Origin: Octopus sinensis
Lineage: Eukaryota
Assembly: GCF_006345805.1 (NCBI RefSeq)
Contig: NC_043024.1
Location: 496,001 to 560,000, forward strand
Direction of reading: 5' to 3'
DNA length: 64,000 nucleotides
In this document: piece by piece, positions 57,029-64,000 of the stretch
Layout: each line of letters opens with the position of its first letter
Numbering within the stretch: position 1 is the first letter of the stretch
The notes under the pieces: generated by a model
What the model was told of the DNA's origin: nothing
The model's input: only the letters and a program-made list of their open reading frames with translations
Databases searched by the model: none
Translations under genes and position numbers: made by a program

Positions 57029-59854
57029 TGGACAATAAATGATATTGAACAAAGTGGTCTCTATATTTTGATGATAGTGGTATATGTATGTATATATAAT
57101 ATTACTGTTTGTTTTTATGTGAAATTATATATATATATATATATATATAACTTTAACAGTGAATTTAAAGGATATCCAGTGTTCTTTAATGCATATTAAT
57201 TTTTACAAGGAAAAGGTTGACAGTAACTTCAAAGTTGTTGGCTTACTAACCTTCATCAAACTGGTTAAATAAAACCTTTGGATAGAAAGATTCAAAGATG
57301 GGTGTAGCTGTGTGGTAAGAAGCTTGCTTCACAACTGCATGGTTCTGGGTTCAGTCCCACTGCGTGGTACCTTGGGCAAGTGTCTGGTGTTATAACTTTG
57401 GGTTGACCAAAGCCTTGTGAGTGGATTTGGTAGGCAGACACTGAAATAAGCCCATTGCGGGTGTGTGTGTGTGTGAATATATATATATATATGAGTTTGT
57501 CCTTCACTACTTGACAACTTGTGTTGGTGTGTTTACGTCCCTGTTGCTTAGGGGTTTGGCAAAAGTGAGACAGAATAAGTAACAGGCTTAAAAAGAAAGA
57601 AGTACTGGGGTTGATTCATTCAATTAAAAACTTCAAGACAGTGCCCCAGCATGGCCACAATCTAATGACTGAAACAAAAGAAAAAGATAACAGATACTCT
57701 CCCACCCACACATCCAATTTATTTGAATGTAACAATACAAAAACACGCAGACAAGGTGCTTAAGATAAAACAAAACTCACCAATTGTACCAATTGAACCA
57801 ACAAACACAAATTATCTAAAAGTCAAGCATATCTTTTATTTTGTTTCAGTCAGTAGACTGTGGCCATGCTGGAGCACTGCCTTAGAGAATTTTTTTTTAG
57901 TGAAATGAATTGACCCCAGTACATAATATTCTTCAAGCCTGGTACTCACTCTGTCAGTCTCTTTAGCTGAACTGCTAAGTTACGGGGACATAAACACACC
58001 AACACTGTTTGTCAAGTAGTGGTGGAGGACAGACACAGAAACAAAGACAAACATATATATATATGTGTATGTATATATATATTAACAACAGGCTTCTTTG
58101 AGTTTCTCTCTACGAAATCCACTCAAGGCTTTGGTCAGCCCAAAGCTATAGTAGTAGACATTTGCCCAAGGTGCAGCACCTGTGTGTGTGTTGCGTTACA
58201 CCCTCCAACTCCCTCCACCTGTACCGGTGATCAGTTGAAAAATACGGCTGTTATAATCTTTTACACATATACATACACAGAATGGGATTTATATATTATA
58301 GGATATATATATATATATCATCATCATTTAGCGTCCGCTTTCCATGATATATCCAAGAGCAGAATAAAACGGGTGATTAAGTTGGACTTATTATTATAAC
58401 ATCATAAACTACATATCTAGGCACAGGCATGGCTGTGTGGTAAGAAACCTGCTTCCCAACCACATGGTTTCAGGTTCAGTCCCACGGAGCATCACCTTGG
58501 CTAAGTTTCTTCTACTGTAGCCTCAGGCTGACCAAAGCCTTGTGGCTGGATTTGGTAGACAGAAAGAAACCAATGTGTGTCTGTGTTTGTCCCTCCCACT
58601 ATCGTTTGACAACCAATGTTGGTGTGTTTATATCCCCATAACTTAGCACTTTGGCAAAAAGATATCGATAGAATAAGTACTAGGCTTACAAAGAATAAGT
58701 CCTGGGGTCGATTTCTTTGACTAAAACATTTTAAGGTGGTACTCCAGCATGGCCGCAATTGTATGACTGAAACAAGTAAAAGAAAATCTTTCATTCGTAT
58801 ATCTAAGTATGTTGTGCAATAATTTTATGACCAACTTAAAACACCTGATCTTCACAAGAAAATAGTAATTTAATTCCTTAATTACCAACTCATGTACACA
58901 CACGTGCATATGTATACACAGGTGATGGTAGTGTCTTGTAGTCTAAGAAAGGTAGTTCTGCAATTTCCTGCAGAACAACCTGTACACAAGATTTATTTCT
59001 AGGGATGAAATGTTTGTGCTGTACATTAACTCACACCCTCCATCGAATCAATGTTGCCCAAATGGGTGAACGGTGCACATGTCAAGTGCAATGTGAGACA
59101 AAGTGTCTTTTTGCTCAAGAACACAACAAATCATCATTATCATCATTTAACACCTGTTTTCCATGCTGATATGGATTAGACAGTTTGACAGGAACTGGCC
59201 TGATGCACAACTCTACCAGGCTCCGGTTGTCTGTCTTGGTATGGTTTCTACAACTGGATGTCAACCACTCTAGAGTGTACTGGATGCTTTTCACGTGGCA
59301 CCAGCACTGGTTCTAATTCAGTGAAGGAACCTCCTCCTCCTCCAAAAATGGTTTACATCCCAGCTCAACCAGTTGTGCATGGTTTAGCAGTTAGGGTATT
59401 TGGTTCACATTTGTAAGATCATAAGTTCAATTCTCAGCAGCACTTAGTGTCCTTGAGCAAGAATTATTATTTCACGTTGCTCCAGTTCTCTCAGCTGGAA
59501 AAAGTGAATTGTACTTGTATTTCAAAAGACGGGTCTTGTCACATGGAATCTCCCTGAGAACTATGTCATGGGTACATGTATGTTTGGGGACTGCTCAGTC
59601 ACTTGCACATAATTTCACAAGCAGAATGTTCTGCTGCTCAGTGGACACAAAATAAGAAAGAAGAGATTTACTCAATCAGTTCTGACCTGGGGCTAAATAA
59701 CAACAGCAATAACACAACAAAGCAAACTCTTCCCCCTCAAAAAAACAAATAACAGCAATAAATTAATACTTGTAGAATATATGCTGCCAAATTTTATCTA
59801 ATATTTTCAAGAGGATTCCATTTATGTCGGATCAACAGTGGTAATATATAGTTC

Positions 59855-59920
59855 TCAGTCTTCACAGACATGGCCTGGGATTTTGTCACATACCCGTGTC
59901 GTCATAAATAACTCCTTTTG
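59855..59920 (-). CDS. CLXN: CLXN C-terminal exon QKELFMTTR([12 protein letters not shown]); may instead end at 59894 via an internal donor
   Basis: Acceptor TCTCTCTTGCAG; in-frame TGA at 59857-59855; internal CGG|GTATGT at 59894/59893. Confidence 0.7.
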   Translation of the reverse strand, partial: QKELFMTTRVCDKIPGHVCED

Positions 59921-62696
59921 CTGCAAGAGAGATGAATAATAATAATAATAATAATAATACAAATACAAATAAATAGAAGAGTGCCATATTATGTGAAACT
60001 GGTTGAATGATATTTCGGCATCTAGCATGGAAGGCACGCTAGATGCTGTAATATTGTTCAACCAATTTCACATGATATGATACTCTTCTATTTATTTGTG
60101 TGTAACTTCTGGATTAGTTACCTTGGTCCTATATAGTCTTAATAATAATAATAATAATAATGTCCATTGGACACTTTGCAACAAGTATGGACTTGACAGA
60201 GCTAAAAATTGGTATGACCACAAGCCCGAAGGCATCATCGAAAATGATAATGCAAAGATCCTGTGGTATTTTATGATTCAGTGCGGCCATGAGATAGAAG
60301 ATAGGAAACCAGACATAGTCTTAATTGAGAAAGAAAGCAAACTATGTTGGATCATAGATATAGCATGCCCAACTGACAACAAGGTGTGCAATAAGGAAGA
60401 AAGAAAAGTCAATAGATATGGGAGGTTAAGCAGTTGTGGTCAATGAAAAAGGTGGTAGTGGCACAAATAATTGTCGGAGCCCTGGGAACAGTGAGTAAAA
60501 ATCTTGAGAAGTACGCGGAACAAATAGGGGCTGCAATAAGGGTGGAGCACTTGCAGAAAACATCACTGCTTGGAACCGCTTGAATACTCCAGAAGGTGCT
60601 CAAAAAATATGGCGTGTTACCTTAGTTAACTGGTGAACAGCTGACACCATAGTCCATCTCTAGCGTTAGAAGCTGTGCAAAGGCAATAATAATGATTTAA
60701 AATTTTGCCGCAAGACCAGCAAATTTAAGAGGAGAAGTTAATTAGATCAATCCCGGGGCTCAACTGGTATTTATTTTATCAATCCTGAGGCAGAATTGTT
60801 AGGATGCTGAGCAAAATGTTTAACTGTTTCATCTGTCTTTACATTCTGAGTTCAAATTCCACAAAATTAAGCTTTGAGCCTTTTGGGGTCATTGAAATAA
60901 ATACCAGGTGGGCACTGGGGGCCGATGCTAGCCCTGTGATATTCAAATTTTCTTATAGTTAAATAACGATGGCTTTCAATAATTTTAAATTCCACATATT
61001 TCCATAGAACAAGGAACTAACCTCTTCAGTTGGGAGACAGGGACCAAAAGCCTCGATAAGGAGGGGTTCAGCAATGACAGATGTTCGGTAATCGCTGAAT
61101 GAGAGTCTGGCATCATGATCGACATCCTGTGTCAGCAAAGGAAGATAAACAATGAGACAAGGCTAAAATCAAAGACAACAATAACAAAAATAAAATAAAT
61201 ATTCAAATAAAATAAGGTGGTATCAAAAAGTTTGTGAACTCGTTATATTTCTTAAAAAATAACTTATTTACCAAAGTTTTAACATCATCTCCTTTGAAGT
61301 AGTCCCCTTGCACAGCACTACACCGGTCCCAGCATTCCTGCCATTTTTGGAATCAAGCCTGGAGGTCGTTTTCTGTAAGAAAGTCAAGGAGCTTCTGTGA
61401 TTCGCTCTGGATCTCAAAATAGTGACCTCTAAGCTGCATTTCCATCTTGGAGAAGAAATGGAAGTTCGCAGATATTAAATCTGGTAAACAGGGCAGGTGC
61501 AGAAGCAATACCATGTTGTTTTTGGTGAGAAACTCACGAGTGAGGAGAGCTTGGTGACAGGGTGCATCATCATCGTGAAGAGTCCAACACTTCATGCTCC
61601 ACTGAACCGGTCACTTTCACCAAATGTCCTCACTCAAATGCTTCAAAACATCACAGCTGAACTCTCGATTGACAGTCTGGCCCTGGAGAATGAATTCTCA
61701 ATGCACAATACCGCAGATGTCAAAAAAAAAGACTATGAGCATGCTCTTGATTGAGTTGCAGCTCTGTTGTGCCTTCTTCATTTGTGGAGATGAAGGGCTA
61801 TTTTATTGTGATGACTGCTGCTTCGTCTCAAACTCATACTCATTGTCTCTGTAGCAGACTTCCCAAGTTTAATGCAAAATTTCACGTTGGCTTCTTTGTT
61901 CCAACTTCCATGATCACAAAAACAAAAATTTCACAACTTGTGATATAAACACAGCGATGTCACTTAGCACACACTGCCTCATGAGGGTCACTGCTTGCTC
62001 TCACTACACATGCAAATCCTGTGCTGCCAGCTGTTGGTGTGCTACAGAACTAGTCTGGGAACTTTTTGATACCACCTCATACCTGCAATATTTGTTCTGG
62101 TTCCTTATGTTAGAAGTTCTTCAAATCTCAGTGAGGCAAACTTTGCCCCTTTACTTTTACCACAACAAATGTCTCTATCATCATGTGACTTCTGTGCAGT
62201 CAAACCATCCCATGACATATTCACTGGACTAACACAGTCTTAACCCTTTCATTACTGTATTTATTTTGAGACACTCTGTGTTTCATTCAATTACTTGAAA
62301 TATAACAAAGAATTTAGTAAAATGACTTAGTTATCATTCAGCTAGTGTTAGGAACATAAATTGTGACTAAAGTTTGGTGGAAGATTTTAATTCAAAACTT
62401 ATGAAAACAAGACATTTGTACTCAGAGACAGATTCAGCCGGGTTGGTACTGAAAGGGTTAATGTTTGGTTTAGAGGTTAGGGTATTCGGATCATGATTTC
62501 TGAGTTTGATTCCCGGCAGCGCATTGTGTCCCTGTGCAAGACAATTTACTTCTCATTGCTCCAGTTCACTCAGCTGGCAAAAATGAGTTGAATGTGTAAT
62601 TCAAAGGGCCAACCTTTGAATTAAACTGTGGCACCTTGGGCAAGTGTCTAATATAGCTTCAGACCAACCAAGGCCTTGTGACAGAAACTGAAAGAA

Positions 62697-62741
<45 letters not shown>

Positions 62742-63979
62742 TAAATATGTGTGTGTGCCTTTGTGTCTGTGTTTGTTCCCCACCTCAACTTAACAACCAA
62801 TGTTGGTGTACTGACATGCCTATAACTTAACAATTCAGCAAAAGAGACTGATAAAATAAGTACCAGGTTTTAAACAAAAATGTTCTGGAGTCGATTCATT
62901 CAACTAAAGATTCTTTGAGGCAAGGCCCCAGCATGGCCACACTCTGATGACTGAAACAAGTAAAAGATAAAAGAGAGAAGATATGAATAAACAATAGCAA
63001 TCGTCTATTTACCATTTTCTTCAACACCATATCCACAAGGTCCTTGATTCCTTCATCGGGATCTTCTTCTGTTGGTTGCTGGAGAATTAGAGAAAGAAAT
63101 GTAAATATTGAACAGAAGACAAGAAACTTTCTATGGTTGAGATTCCAATAATTTGCAAAAACATTTCCAGTTTGAATATCCAGTTCTTCTTCCCATCTCT
63201 TGTCTGTATTCACATGCGAAGGTGTGTGGCCTAGTGGTTAGGAAGTTGCATTCACGATGATTAGATCGTAGGTTCAATTCTATGACTAAGTGGTGTGTTG
63301 TGTTCTTGAGCAAAACACTTTATTTCATGTTGCTCCGGTGCCCCTTTTGATCGGAAGAGGAATGTTGGCCTGCTCCCCTGGCCAGTGGGGCTGGCATCAT
63401 TTGAAGGCTAAAACAAAGCCAAAACGCATTGTGACCAACACCTGACAGCCTGGTCGGTCACCTGGTCACGTGACCAGTTTGTTTATATATGTATACGTGT
63501 CTGTGTATGTATGTATTCTAATGATGATGATGATGGTAACTATGACGATGGTAACTATGGCAGCAGTGATGGTGACACTGACAATGACAACAGTAATAAA
63601 GATGATGATGACAACAGCAACAACCAGGAATTGAAACATCATCCCTGACATATGTATGTATCTCCATTTAGTTGGGAAAAAGAATACTCAGTGACATAGT
63701 AGAGATTAATAACACACACACACACACACACAACTAAATCACCAAGACATTGTTATAGTTCACCCTCTTATACACAAGCACATACACAACCCCATATGCA
63801 TACGTAGTACATATGGATATATAACTTATTGTCCCATGCATAGAGAATCTGGCTTTCTCATCCCTGCTGCTCAAACCAAACCAAAAAACTAACCTTGATT
63901 AAACAGTTCTTCAGCATTTGAAACATTTCTTCTCGGGAAATATAACCATCACCGTTGAGGTCGTACACATCGAAACAAT
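59855..63979 (-). CDS. CLXN: Calaxin (EF-hand calcium-binding protein, EFCAB1), 3' portion; 5' exons lie beyond the window
   Basis: Phase-consistent exons 63979-63894, 63078-63013, 61126-61022 and 59920-59855 (or -59894) give [63 protein letters not shown]...[11 protein letters not shown]. This matches recalled EFCAB1 [44 protein letters not shown]. Confidence 0.92.
60162..60694 (+). mobile_element. R4/Dong-clade LINE 3' end (restriction-like endonuclease) within (TAA)n
   Basis: [10 protein letters not shown]...WYDHKP...[10 protein letters not shown]...IIDIACP...K..RY; (AAT)n on both sides, consistent with the TAA-repeat targeting known for Dong. Confidence 0.85.
61022..61126 (-). CDS. CLXN: CLXN exon [35 protein letters not shown]
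   Basis: GACACAG / GTTAGT; phase 0 to 0. Confidence 0.93.
61213..62081 (-). mobile_element. Internally deleted mariner (DD34D-type) with both TIRs
   Basis: TIRs ..AGGTGGTATCAAAAAGTT / AACTTTTTGATACCACCTCATA; minus strand LHDDDAPCH...PDL...FFSK. Confidence 0.8.
62244..62457. mobile_element. piggyBac-type MITE
   Basis: TTAA|CCCTTTCATTAC...GTACTGAAAGGG|TTAA; related partial copies near 16990, 25090 and 26715. Confidence 0.8.
63013..63078 (-). CDS. CLXN: CLXN exon [22 protein letters not shown]
   Basis: TTCTCCAG / GTAAAT; phase 0 to 0. Confidence 0.94.
63894..63979 (-). CDS. CLXN: CLXN exon (EF-hand [12 protein letters not shown])
   Basis: TTCCATCAG / GTTAGT; phase 1 to 0. Confidence 0.93.
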
Positions 63980-64000
63980 CTGATGGAAAGCAGTAAAGAA

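Larger units (their letters stand above)
54127..57660 (+). repeat. Near-identical rearranged tandem duplication (block X twice, block Y three times, block Z twice)
   Basis: 54127-55026 = 55963-56861; ~55114-55453 = ~55454-55790 = ~57150-57490; 55811-55978 = ~57492-57660. The only differences I found are single-base homopolymer indels. Confidence 0.95.

Noticed and set aside
57784-59080. Extra minus-strand exon candidates for CLXN (57818-57784; ~59080-59031; ~58979-58920)
   Set aside because: One lies in SINE-derived sequence without a proper acceptor, none resembles calaxin, and one creates a stop at the junction.

Overview
AT-rich, repeat-dense eukaryotic genomic DNA. The SINE, RTE-LINE, mariner and microsatellite landscape looks like a coleoid cephalopod, probably Octopus (inference). 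The window holds three protein-coding genes, all reconstructed by hand from splice sites and homology recalled from memory. (1) The last coding exon of a GH18 chitinase-like gene (+, 723-857). (2) A complete MIOS gene (GATOR2 subunit Mio; +, 27 coding exons, 13031-51366, 846 aa). Every exon junction is phase-consistent, and two introns are U12 (minor spliceosome) type. (3) The 3' part of a calaxin gene (CLXN/EFCAB1; -, from 63979 downward), convergent with MIOS. Most long ORFs in the supplied track are microsatellite or transposon artefacts. The most unusual observations are: a structurally complete type I hammerhead ribozyme in the loop of a ~100-bp foldback insertion in MIOS intron 3 (sense to the pre-mRNA); a second, Penelope-type minimal hammerhead; the two U12 introns; two RTE insertions with twin-priming-like 5' inversions; and a near-identical 3.5-kb rearranged duplication that may be an assembly artefact.
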